A stretch of 64,000 nucleotides of DNA from NCBI GenBank assembly GCA_963727275.1, contig CAVSFK010000004.1, positions 69,076 to 133,075 on the forward strand. The letters run 5' to 3'. The DNA is from an uncultured Acidobacteriota bacterium (GTDB lineage Bacteria; Acidobacteriota; Thermoanaerobaculia; Thermoanaerobaculales; Thermoanaerobaculaceae). Position 1 is the first letter of the stretch. Each line of letters begins with the position of its first letter. The notes beneath the pieces are model-generated. The model saw nothing but the letters and a program-made list of their open reading frames with translations, made no database searches and was not told where the DNA came from. A program made the translations under genes and the position numbers. This document shows, piece by piece, positions 45,811-55,896 of the stretch.

Positions 45811-46658
45811 CAGGCGACCTCCGTCAGCACGCTGTCGATGAGCCTCGTGGCGCCGGCATACGCCGCGACGGCGAACAGGACGCGGCGGCCGACCTCGGCG
45901 AGCGGCGCCAGGGTGTCCGGGTCGACGGCCGCCGCATACTGCAGCCGGAGGAGCGGCTCGCTCCCGATCTCGGCGGCGAGCAGCGCCTCGAGGGCCGGGC
46001 CGCGGCGTTCGCCGTCGCGGAGCGCCCGCACCGCGCGCTCGAGCGCCCGGTGCAGGGTCGTCGCGGCGCGGCGTTCGGCCGGCGTCAGATACGCGTTGCG
46101 CGACGAGCGCGCGAGCCCGTCGGCTTCCCGGACCGTGGGGACGACCTCGATTCGAACCGGGATGTCGAGGTCCTCGACCAGTCGACGGACGACGACCGAC
46201 TGTTGCCAGTCCTTGGCCCCGAACAGCGCCGTCGCGGGCTGAACGATGTTGAGGAGCTTGGCGACCACGAGCGCGACGCCGGCGAAGTGGCCCGGACGGT
46301 GCGCCCCGCAAAGCCCCGCGGCGAGCTCCGGTACGTCCACCACGGTGGCCGACGGCCGGGGGTAGATCTCCTTGACCGACGGTGCGAACAGCAGACTGAC
46401 GCCGGCCCCGGCGAGCACGCTCCTGTCGGTCTCGAAATCGCGCGGGTAGCGCTCGAAGTCCTCGCCGGGTCCGAATTGGATCGGGTTCACGAAGACGCTC
46501 GCCCAGACCTCGTCGGCGAGCTCCCGGCCGCGGCGAACGAGCGCGAGGTGCCCCTCGTGCAGCGCGCCCATCGTGGGCACGAACGCGACGCGCGTCCCGG
46601 TACGGACGAGCTCCTCCCGGCGAGCGCGGACGCCGGCAACGGTCGAGATCACCAGCAT
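45810..46658 (-). CDS. panC: pantoate--beta-alanine ligase
   Basis: FVPTMGALHEGHLALV, SVFVNPIQFGPGEDF. Confidence 0.92.
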   Translation of the reverse strand: MLVISTVAGVRARREELVRTGTRVAFVPTMGALHEGHLALVRRGRELADEVWASVFVNPIQFGPGEDFERYPRDFETDRSVLAGAGVSLLFAPSVKEIYPRPSATVVDVPELAAGLCGAHRPGHFAGVALVVAKLLNIVQPATALFGAKDWQQSVVVRRLVEDLDIPVRIEVVPTVREADGLARSSRNAYLTPAERRAATTLHRALERAVRALRDGERRGPALEALLAAEIGSEPLLRLQYAAAVDPDTLAPLAEVGRRVLFAVAAYAGATRLIDSVLTEVA

Positions 46659-46659
46659 T

Positions 46660-47586
46660 TCAGTGGCCCCCCAGGCGGTCGGCGAGCGCCGCCGCGAACC
46701 CGGGCGGTGTCGGGTAGCTCTCGGCCTCGGCCGGGTATCGGCCGCGGCGGACGTCGGCGGCGAACGCGGCGACGGCGCCCTGAATCACCTCGCCTACCTC
46801 GGCGTAGCGGCGGACGAAGCGGGGCAGCGGCGGCCGGGAGAGCCCCACGAGATCGGCAAACACGAGGACCTGGCCGTCGCAATCCGGACCGGCGCCGATG
46901 CCGATCGTCGGGATACCCACCTGTCGGGTGATCGCGGCGCCGAGCGGGGCCGGGATCGCCTCGAGGACGAGCATGAACGCCCCCGCGCGTTCGAGGACAC
47001 GGGCCGCCTCGACGAGTTGGAGCGCGGCCTCGAGCCGGCGCCCCTGGACGTGGTACCCGCCGAGGAGGTGCACCGACTGCGGAGTGAGCCCGAGGTGGCC
47101 GATGACCGGGATGCCGGCCGCGGTGATCGCGGCGGTCTCGTCGGCCCGGGCGCCCTCGAGCTTGACCGCCTGCGCCCCGCCCTCGGCCACCATACGGCAC
47201 GCGCTGCGCACGGCGTCCGCCACGCTCGCCTGGTACGACCCGAACGGCATGTCCGCCGCGAGAAGGGCGCGCGTGACGCCGGTCGCGGCGGCCCGGGTGT
47301 GGTGGATCATCTCGTCGAGCGTGACGGAGAGCGTGTCGCGGCGGCCGAGGGCGGCCATCGCGAGCGAGTCGCCCACGAGGACCACGTCGACGCCGGCGGC
47401 GTCGGCGAGGCGCGCCGACGGTTCGTCGCTGGCCGTGACCATCACGAGCCGCCGCTTGCCCTTCGTCTCCATGAGCTCCGGGACCGTGACCGCGTGCGTC
47501 ACGGCGGTGGATGACGGCGCCCCCGGGCGGGTTGTCGTGCTGACCCCTGACCCCCGACCCCTGGTCCCTGTCGTCTTCTTCTCCAT
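46660..47586 (-). CDS. panB: 3-methyl-2-oxobutanoate hydroxymethyltransferase
   Basis: VTVPELMETKGKRRLVMVTASD, LVGDSLAM, GAQAVKLEG, GHLGLTPQS. The start is uncertain: ATG at 47586 would translate a heptamer array, and GTG at 47502 is an alternative. Confidence 0.88.
   Translation of the reverse strand: MEKKTTGTRGRGSGVSTTTRPGAPSSTAVTHAVTVPELMETKGKRRLVMVTASDEPSARLADAAGVDVVLVGDSLAMAALGRRDTLSVTLDEMIHHTRAAATGVTRALLAADMPFGSYQASVADAVRSACRMVAEGGAQAVKLEGARADETAAITAAGIPVIGHLGLTPQSVHLLGGYHVQGRRLEAALQLVEAARVLERAGAFMLVLEAIPAPLGAAITRQVGIPTIGIGAGPDCDGQVLVFADLVGLSRPPLPRFVRRYAEVGEVIQGAVAAFAADVRRGRYPAEAESYPTPPGFAAALADRLGGH
47541..47568. repeat. heptamer tandem array TGACCCC TGACCCC CGACCCC TGGTCCC
   Basis: Read directly. 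It lies in the 5' leader or putative N-terminal extension of panB. Confidence 0.85.
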
Positions 47587-47712
47587 CGGTCCCTCCGGGC
47601 CGACGGATCCGGTTGGAGCGCGGTCGCCGTGCCGCCAGGTGCGGCATCGGCGCCCGCTCGCGGTACGCGGCGGGCGGAAAGCGTCAGCACAACCCGTCTC
47701 GGTCCCTTGGCC

Positions 47713-48363
47713 CTAGCCGGATCCGAGCGGCACGTACACCTGCGTCCCCTGTCGGGCGCGGGCGATCTGCTCAATCAGGTTCTCGAAGTCCTCCGCCTTG
47801 TTCACGAAGTCGATCTCATCGGTGTTCACCACCAGCAACGGCGTCTCCGCGTAGCGGAAGAAGAACGCGTTGTAGGCCTCCTTCAGCCGCACCAGGTAGT
47901 CCGGGTCCAGGTTGCGCTCGAACTCCCGCCCCCGCATCCGGATCCGCCGCATGCAGGTCTCGACGCTGGCCTCGAGGTAGATCACCAGGTCGGGCTTCGG
48001 CAACCGACCGGTGAGCAGGTGGTAGAGGCGGTCGTAGAGCCGGAACTCCTCGTCGTCGAGGTTCATCCTCGCGAAGATGCGGTCCTTGGCCATCGTGTAG
48101 TCCGACACGACGAAGCGCGTGAAGAGGTCCATCTGGACGAGGTCGACGTGCTGTTGGTGGCGGGAGAGGAGAAAGAACAGCTGGACCTGGAACGCAGCCC
48201 CTTCCTTGCCCCGGTAGAACGGCTCGAGGAACGGGTTGGCGACGTCCTCGAGGATCTTGACCCCCTCGAAGCGGGAGGCGAGCAGCTCGACCAGGGAGGT
48301 CTTGCCGACGCCGATGGGGCCTTCGACCGCGATGTGGCGGGCAGCAAGGGTGGCTGGGCTCAT
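47713..48363 (-). CDS. deoxynucleoside kinase
   Basis: P-loop EGPIGVGKTS, SDYTMAKDRIFA, YLEASVETCMRRIRMRGRE.E. Confidence 0.85.
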   Translation of the reverse strand: MSPATLAARHIAVEGPIGVGKTSLVELLASRFEGVKILEDVANPFLEPFYRGKEGAAFQVQLFFLLSRHQQHVDLVQMDLFTRFVVSDYTMAKDRIFARMNLDDEEFRLYDRLYHLLTGRLPKPDLVIYLEASVETCMRRIRMRGREFERNLDPDYLVRLKEAYNAFFFRYAETPLLVVNTDEIDFVNKAEDFENLIEQIARARQGTQVYVPLGSG

Positions 48364-49221
48364 GGGCGGCCCATCATATCAAGGAGGTAGAGCACCGCCA
48401 TCAGGATCGAAAGCGCGCCGTTGGCGGTGAAGAACGCGGTCCCGAGACGGTCGAGCCGTCCGGGACCGACGAGGGTGTGCTGCCAGACGAGCAGCACGAC
48501 CGCGGCGCCCGCGCCCGCCCACAGCCCCCACCCGCCGACGAGCCACGCGAAGCCGGCGAACGCCGCGGCGGCCGCGCCGTGCAGGGCACGGGCGACGACG
48601 ATCGCACGTCCGGCCCCCAGGCGCACCACCAGCGAATGCAGTCCGGCGGCGCGGTCGAACGGCTCGTCGGGGAGCGAGTAGAGCACGTCGAACCCCCCCA
48701 CCCACGCCACCACGGCGGCGGCGAGCACGACCGGCGGCCAGGCGAACGCCCCCCGCACCGCGAGCCACGCCCCGACCGGGGCGATGCCGAGTCCGAGCCC
48801 GAGCCAGAGGTGGGCCAGCGCCGTGAACCGCTTGCTGTAGGAGTAGCCGAGCACCCAGGCAAGCGCCACGGGGCTGAGCGCGAGGCAGAGCGGGTTCAGC
48901 CGCCAGGCCGCGACCGCGAGCGCGGCGGCGCCTCGCGACGACGAGCGTCCAGGCGAACGGGCGCCCGACGCGGCCGGCCGGGAGCGCCCGGCCGGCGGTG
49001 CGCGGGTTGGCGGCGTCGATCGTCTGATCAGCGAGGCGGTTGAACGCCATCGCCGCGGTGCGCGCGCCGGCCATCGCGAGCAGGATCCAGCCGAGCAACG
49101 GCCACGGCGGGCGCCCGTTCGCCGCCGCGACGGCGGCGATCAGCGCGAACGGCAGCGCGAAGGCGGTGTGGGCGAACTTGACGAGCTCCGCGGCCTCGCG
49201 CGCGGCCTCGACGGGCCTCAC
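48360..49221 (-). pseudogene. UbiA-family aromatic prenyltransferase (4-hydroxybenzoate polyprenyltransferase / MqnP-like), frameshift at about 48933
   Basis: The N-terminal half LVKFAHTAFALPFALIAAV..AMAFNRLADQTIDAANPRTAGRALPAGRV..FAWTLVV is in one frame. The C-terminal half ..AAALAVAAWRLNPLCLALSPVALAWVLGYSYSKRFTALAHLWLGLGLG.. is in another (ORF 48360-48869). Length is 862 nt = 3n+1. GTGA overlap with ubiX. Confidence 0.8.
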
Positions 49222-49829
49222 GCCTCTCCCTTCCAGCGCAGGTCCGGCCGGTCCACCGCGAGTCCGAGCAGGTCGAGGAGGCGCACGCAGTAGTGTTCGA
49301 CGAAACGCGCCATCTCGTCGCCGCCGAGGTAGAACGCGGGGACGGGCGGGACCACGATCGCGCCGGCCCGGGTGAGCGTGAGCAGCGCCCGCAGGTGGAT
49401 CGCGGAAAGGGGGCTCTCGCGGAAGCCGAGAAGCAACGGCCACCGCTGCTTGAGCGCGATGTCGCCGAGGCGCTGGCCGAGGCCGCGCGAAACGCCGGAG
49501 GCGAGCGAGCAGGCGGTGGCCGCGGAACAGGGCAGCACCACGACGCCCGCGAGAAGGTGCGAGCCGGAGGCGACCGGCGCCGCGAGGTCGCCCTCGGCCC
49601 ACGCCTTGATCTTCTCCCGCGCCGGGCCGCTCACCGCGAGCCCGGCCAGGAAGCCGTGCGGGGTCGCACGCTCCTTGCCGAGCTCGTCGGCGAGCACGAG
49701 CCGTGCGCCGTCGGAGAGGACGACGTGCAGGGCGCTCACGCCGGGGTGCTCGGCGGCGAGTTCGGCGAAGCGGACGGCGAGGCGGGTTCCGCTCGCCCCG
49801 GTGACCACGAGCCCCAGCTCAGACGGCAT
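49218..49829 (-). CDS. ubiX: UbiX-family flavin prenyltransferase
   Basis: LVVTGASGTRLA..., VVLPCSAATACSLASGVS, and the PAFY motif region. Confidence 0.85.
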   Translation of the reverse strand: MPSELGLVVTGASGTRLAVRFAELAAEHPGVSALHVVLSDGARLVLADELGKERATPHGFLAGLAVSGPAREKIKAWAEGDLAAPVASGSHLLAGVVVLPCSAATACSLASGVSRGLGQRLGDIALKQRWPLLLGFRESPLSAIHLRALLTLTRAGAIVVPPVPAFYLGGDEMARFVEHYCVRLLDLLGLAVDRPDLRWKGEA

Positions 49830-50340
49830 GCGAGCCTCCCAGTCGGCGAAGCATCTCGCATCGCGGGCGCCCGTCCTCGCGGAACCGGCGCACGGCGGCG
49901 AACCCCTCGCGGCGGTACAGTGCGACGGCGCCCCGGTTGCTGCGGTCCACCTCGAGCGCAAGCCAGCGGGCCGAGCAGCACCGCGCTCGCGCGATCGCGT
50001 CGCGCAAGAGCCCACACCCAAGGCCGCGCCGCCTGTGATCCGGGTGCACGGCGAGCGAGGCGAGCGAGGCGACCGGCGGCACGAGGATCAACGCACTCGC
50101 GGCGATGATCGCACGGTCCTCGATCACGACCGTGACGGCGCACTCGGGGTCCACGAGCGCCTCCCACCAGGACCGCGCCGACCACGCGCGCCGGCCGAAA
50201 CAGAGGCGGTCGAACTCGACGAGGGCGCCGAGGTCCTCCGGGTGCGCCCGTCGGCGGGGCTGCGACGTCGAGGTGACGGGATCGTCGCCGGGTGTACGAA
50301 CTCTCTGACAGGCCACGAGGCCGTTCACGCCCACACGCAC
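49819..50340 (-). CDS. GNAT-family N-acetyltransferase (RimI-like)
   Basis: LAVHPDHRRRGLGCGLL (acetyl-CoA binding Q/R-x-x-G-x-G/A) and NRGAVALYRREGF. The start is uncertain; GTG at 50277 is plausible. Confidence 0.75.
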   Translation of the reverse strand: MRVGVNGLVACQRVRTPGDDPVTSTSQPRRRAHPEDLGALVEFDRLCFGRRAWSARSWWEALVDPECAVTVVIEDRAIIAASALILVPPVASLASLAVHPDHRRRGLGCGLLRDAIARARCCSARWLALEVDRSNRGAVALYRREGFAAVRRFREDGRPRCEMLRRLGGSHAV

Positions 50341-50443
50341 CTTCCCAACTGTCAGGAAAGCTTACCACCCCGGCTCGCGGGGTCGTCGAGCCATTGTGGA
50401 GGAAAGCCAGTGTTTTCATATGCTTAGAACAACGATGCCGGCC

Positions 50444-50458
50444 TGGCACGGGGCTCGC
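50444..50458 (+). promoter_or_regulatory. possible sigma-54 promoter element TGGCAC-N5-TCGC
   Basis: TGGCACggggcTCGC has GG-N10-GC spacing. It lies about 135 nt upstream of comEA. GC-rich background makes chance matches likely. Confidence 0.25.
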
Positions 50459-50591
50459 TGAGACGGAAGGCGGAGGTGAGCGATGAGCGACGGACCCTAA
50501 GCAACGACGTTCGGTGTGTGAGTGAGGCGGCGCGTGGTGCGCGCCTCGAAGACGGCCAGCTTCGAACCCGCAACCAGAAAGGAGATTCACC

Positions 50592-50936
50592 ATGACGTCC
50601 AGAACGCTTCTGTGCATGACCATCGCCGCCGCACTGGCGAGCGGCGTCCTCGCGGCGACGCCGACGGCCGGGCCGCAGGTCAACATCAACACCGCCACGG
50701 CGCAGGAGCTCCAGCTCCTCCCCCGTGTCGGGCCGTCCCTGGCGCAGCGGATCGTGGATTTCCGCACCGCCAACGGGCCGTTCAAGGCGCCCGAGGAGCT
50801 TTCTCGGGTCAAGGGGATCGGCGAGAAGAGCTTCGCGCGCTTGCAGCCGTACGTGAGCATCGCGGGGGCGACCACGCTCAAGGAGAAGGTCCGCACCCCG
50901 AGGGCTCCGAAACCGGCCGCCAAGCCGCAGAGCTGA
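50592..50936 (+). CDS. comEA: ComEA-family helix-hairpin-helix DNA-binding protein
   Basis: Signal peptide, followed by VNINTATAQELQLLPRVGPSLAQRIVDFRTANGPFKAPEELSRVKGIGEKSF. Confidence 0.88.
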   Translation: MTSRTLLCMTIAAALASGVLAATPTAGPQVNINTATAQELQLLPRVGPSLAQRIVDFRTANGPFKAPEELSRVKGIGEKSFARLQPYVSIAGATTLKEKVRTPRAPKPAAKPQS

Positions 50937-51039
50937 CGCGGAGGCTGTCGAGTGAGACGTTCCTGAAGCCAACCGACAACGAGGTGGCGTGGACGGTGGG
51001 GGCGGCCGCAAGCCGCCCCCGGGTTTACGGGAGGGTGCG

Positions 51040-51633
51040 ATGCGAACGACGCGCGGCTATACGTTGGTCGAGGCGTTGGTCGTGCTGGCGCTGGTCGGGA
51101 TCACGGCCGCGCTCGTGATGCCCGACTTCTTCCAGGTCCGGCGGACGACCGACTTCATCCGCCTCTCGCGACAGATCGCGGCCGATGCCCTGCGCTGCAA
51201 GATGGAGGCGCTCGTGAGCTGCCGCCACGTGGGGCTCGTATTCTGCGAAGTCGAGGATCGGCCCTACTACGTGATGGTGGCGGACGGCGATGCCGACGGC
51301 GTCTCGCGCAGCGACTTCAACCGCGGCGTCGACAGGCCGCTCGGTCCGAAGGTCTGGGTGCACTTCATGAGCGGCGGTACGCGGCTCGGCGTGCCGTCGG
51401 CCTGGCACGTGCCGGATCCGTCGGGCGGTGGGACGCTGGACGAGCGCGGCCTCCGGCTCGGCTCGAGCGGGATCATGAGCTTCGCGAACACCGGCGGTGC
51501 GACGCCGTCGAGCGTCTACTTCAACGACGGCCGCGAACGCGTGCTCGCGATTCGCGTGCACGGGGAACTCGGCCGCGTGCGGGCGCTGATGTGGAAGCGC
51601 GGTTGGACGCAGTGGAGGGAGATCCGCCTCTGA
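51040..51633 (+). CDS. prepilin-type N-terminal cleavage/methylation domain protein (GspH/FimT-like pseudopilin)
   Basis: MRTTRGYTLVEALVVLALVGITAALVMP is a class III signal. GGGAGGG lies upstream of the ATG at 51040. Confidence 0.8.
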   Translation: MRTTRGYTLVEALVVLALVGITAALVMPDFFQVRRTTDFIRLSRQIAADALRCKMEALVSCRHVGLVFCEVEDRPYYVMVADGDADGVSRSDFNRGVDRPLGPKVWVHFMSGGTRLGVPSAWHVPDPSGGGTLDERGLRLGSSGIMSFANTGGATPSSVYFNDGRERVLAIRVHGELGRVRALMWKRGWTQWREIRL

Positions 51634-52586
51634 GGCGGCCGCTCGGCCCTCGTCAGGCGAGAGGCGCCACGGCGCGCTGGGACGACGAGTTGGTCGCGCA
51701 GGGTCTTCGCCGCGACGCGGACCGGGCCGGCGAGCACGCACCCCGCGAGGGTGCTGCCCGCGCCGGCCGCCGCACCCGCGGTGAGGACGCAGCCGACGAT
51801 CTCGGCGCCCCGCTCCACCCGGCAGCCGGCGCCGACCGCGCTGCGCTCCACGCGAGCACCCTCGTCGACGGTCGCCTGGGGGTGCACCCAGGTACGGTCG
51901 CCGAGCCGGCCGAGCACGAGATCACGGTAGGCCAGCGGCGATCCGGCCTCGCGCCAGGCGCCCGGGACGACCACCCCGCGCAGGCGCCGACGCAACCGCA
52001 GCGCATCCCACACCTCGGCCATGCCTCCCGGCGGCGCCGGGAGGCCCCTCACGACCTCCGCGCCCAGCAGCTGGAAACCCGTGAACAGGTAGCGCGCGTC
52101 GGTCGCGGGCGCGCCGGCGGGAAGGAACGCGCGGACGGTGCCGTCGTCGGCGAGCACCACCGAGCTCCAGCGGGTGGGGTCCGGGTGGGGGACCAACGCG
52201 AGCGTCGCGAGCGCGTCGTCACCGGCCTGGAGCAGCCGCGCGAGGTCGAGGTCGCTCCAGGTGTCGGCGTTGGCGACCAGCATCGGACCGTCGCCGAGCA
52301 GCGGCCGCGCCGCCGCGACGCCCCCGGCCGAGCCCAGGAGGTCCGGCTCCCAGGAGAAGAGCACGCCGCCGCCGGCCTCGCGCGCGGCGGCGGCGACCGC
52401 ACCGGGGTCGCGATGGAGGTTGACGGCGATCCGCTCGCACCCGGCGCGGCGCAGCGCCCCGAGGGCGCTCGCGAGCAGCGGCTCGCCCAGCACGTCGAGC
52501 GCCGGCTTCGGCACCACTGTGCTCAGCGGCTCCATCCGGTCGCCGCGCCCGGCGGCGAGCAGCATGCCGTTCACGGGCGTCATCAT
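51516..52586 (-). CDS. sugar-phosphate nucleotidyltransferase with a C-terminal left-handed beta-helix region
   Basis: MLLAAGRGDRMEPLSTVVPKPAL. Hexapeptide-like VDEGARVERSAVGAGCRVERGAEIVGCVL. The last ~40 aa look non-protein-like and overlap the pilin gene by 118 nt, so the 3' end is doubtful. An alternative-frame stop at 51657 would remove the overlap. Confidence 0.7.
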   Translation of the reverse strand: MMTPVNGMLLAAGRGDRMEPLSTVVPKPALDVLGEPLLASALGALRRAGCERIAVNLHRDPGAVAAAAREAGGGVLFSWEPDLLGSAGGVAAARPLLGDGPMLVANADTWSDLDLARLLQAGDDALATLALVPHPDPTRWSSVVLADDGTVRAFLPAGAPATDARYLFTGFQLLGAEVVRGLPAPPGGMAEVWDALRLRRRLRGVVVPGAWREAGSPLAYRDLVLGRLGDRTWVHPQATVDEGARVERSAVGAGCRVERGAEIVGCVLTAGAAAGAGSTLAGCVLAGPVRVAAKTLRDQLVVPARRGASRLTRAERPPQRRISLHCVQPRFHISARTRPSSPCTRIASTRSRPSLK

Positions 52587-52604
52587 AGTCGTCGCCGGCG
52601 TCGC

Positions 52605-53153
52605 CTATCCGGCGAAGACCATGTCCTCGGGGAGCGCCGGGTGCGCGTCCCGGTACGCCGCCCAGAGGTCGAGGTAGGTGCCGTGCGCCGCGTCCCGCGG
52701 ATCGAGCCCGAGATCGGCGGCTGCGGCCGCGAGGCTCGCGCCGGCCCCCTCGAGCTCGACGAAGTCGCCCATCGGGGTCTCGTCGAGCGCCACCACGATC
52801 GCCCCGAGCGCCCAGGTCTCACGCCGCTTCTGGTAGCGCCGAACCGTGCGGAACCCGAGCGCGCCGAGGATGGCGAGGGTGCGCTCGGCGTCGCCGACGA
52901 CGGTCTCGAGCTCGACGCGGCTCTTGATGCCGTCGGCGAACGAGCCCGGCTCCTTGAGCGTGAGCGAGCCCTCGTGCCCGGCCCGTCGCACCCGCAACAG
53001 GCGGCCGGCGGCGCGCAGGCCGTTGCGGCCGTCGTCCAGCACCCAGTTCTCCTCGAGGGTGAGCGCGCTGAGCAAACGGCCGCCGGCCGCCGCCAGCCGT
53101 TGCCGGACGGCCGGGAGGGACGACACCGGGACCTTCATCTCCTGCTCGAGCAC
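52605..53153 (-). CDS. CYTH-domain protein (class IV adenylate cyclase / triphosphatase-like)
   Basis: LEQEMKVPV (ExExK-type motif), LRVRR, LTLK, VALDE..GDFVELE. Start candidates are GTG 53159, GTG 53153 and ATG 53138. Confidence 0.7.
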   Translation of the reverse strand: MLEQEMKVPVSSLPAVRQRLAAAGGRLLSALTLEENWVLDDGRNGLRAAGRLLRVRRAGHEGSLTLKEPGSFADGIKSRVELETVVGDAERTLAILGALGFRTVRRYQKRRETWALGAIVVALDETPMGDFVELEGAGASLAAAAADLGLDPRDAAHGTYLDLWAAYRDAHPALPEDMVFAG

Positions 53154-53180
53154 GCGCACTCCGGCGGTTAGTATAGGCGG

Positions 53181-55082
<1,902 letters not shown>

Positions 55083-55896
55083 CGCGGAGCGCATCGGAGG
55101 CGAGGCTGCCCATCTCGACTTCGACCTCGCCGTCGAGCTGCACCCAGGCGGTGACAGGTCCGTCCTTGCCGGTCGACGGACGAAACGTCCACGAGGCCAT
55201 CGACGTGAGGAGCCATGACCGGAGCCCCTCGGGGCAGGCGAGGAAGACGACGTGCTGGCAGCGCCCCTCGGCGGTGACCTCGACGAGAACGCTCACGGCC
55301 TGGCGCCAGACGCGTGAGTCCACGCGGGCGCGGAACCGCTTGGGCGAGGGAAGCTGATCGACACGGTCGAGCGGCGTGGCGGGAAGCTCAAGGTCGCGGG
55401 CCTCCGGCGTCGGGACGGCGGTCGCCTCCGGCGCCGGGGGTTGATCGGGATCCGGAGCGCTCGCCTGCAGGCGTGTCACCCGCCCCTCGTCGACCCGGCC
55501 GCGCAGGTCGATCGTGAGCGGGAGCCAGACCCCGACCGCGGCGCCCGAAGCGCGCGCCGGCGTGAACCGGGTCTCCGCGAGCGTGGGGCGGAGGTCGTCG
55601 CCGAGGGTCGGCCAGGGCAGGCGCGTGAACACCACCCGGCGGCACGTCCCGTCGGCGTCGACGTAGGCCGACGCGAGCGCGGTGAACGTCTGGGGGAACT
55701 TCGCGCGCAGGGGCGTCACCGCCGGCGCGGCCGTCGCCACCAGGGGCGTCGCGAACGGGTTGGTGGGGGGCACGGCGGGGAGCTCGAGCGGCACCGGCAC
55801 GGGGAGGTCGACCCGCGCCTCCCACGGTCGCTGCGCGGCGGCCGGCACGCTCGCCAACACGGTCAGGGCGATCCACACTCGGCGCATGACGCCATT

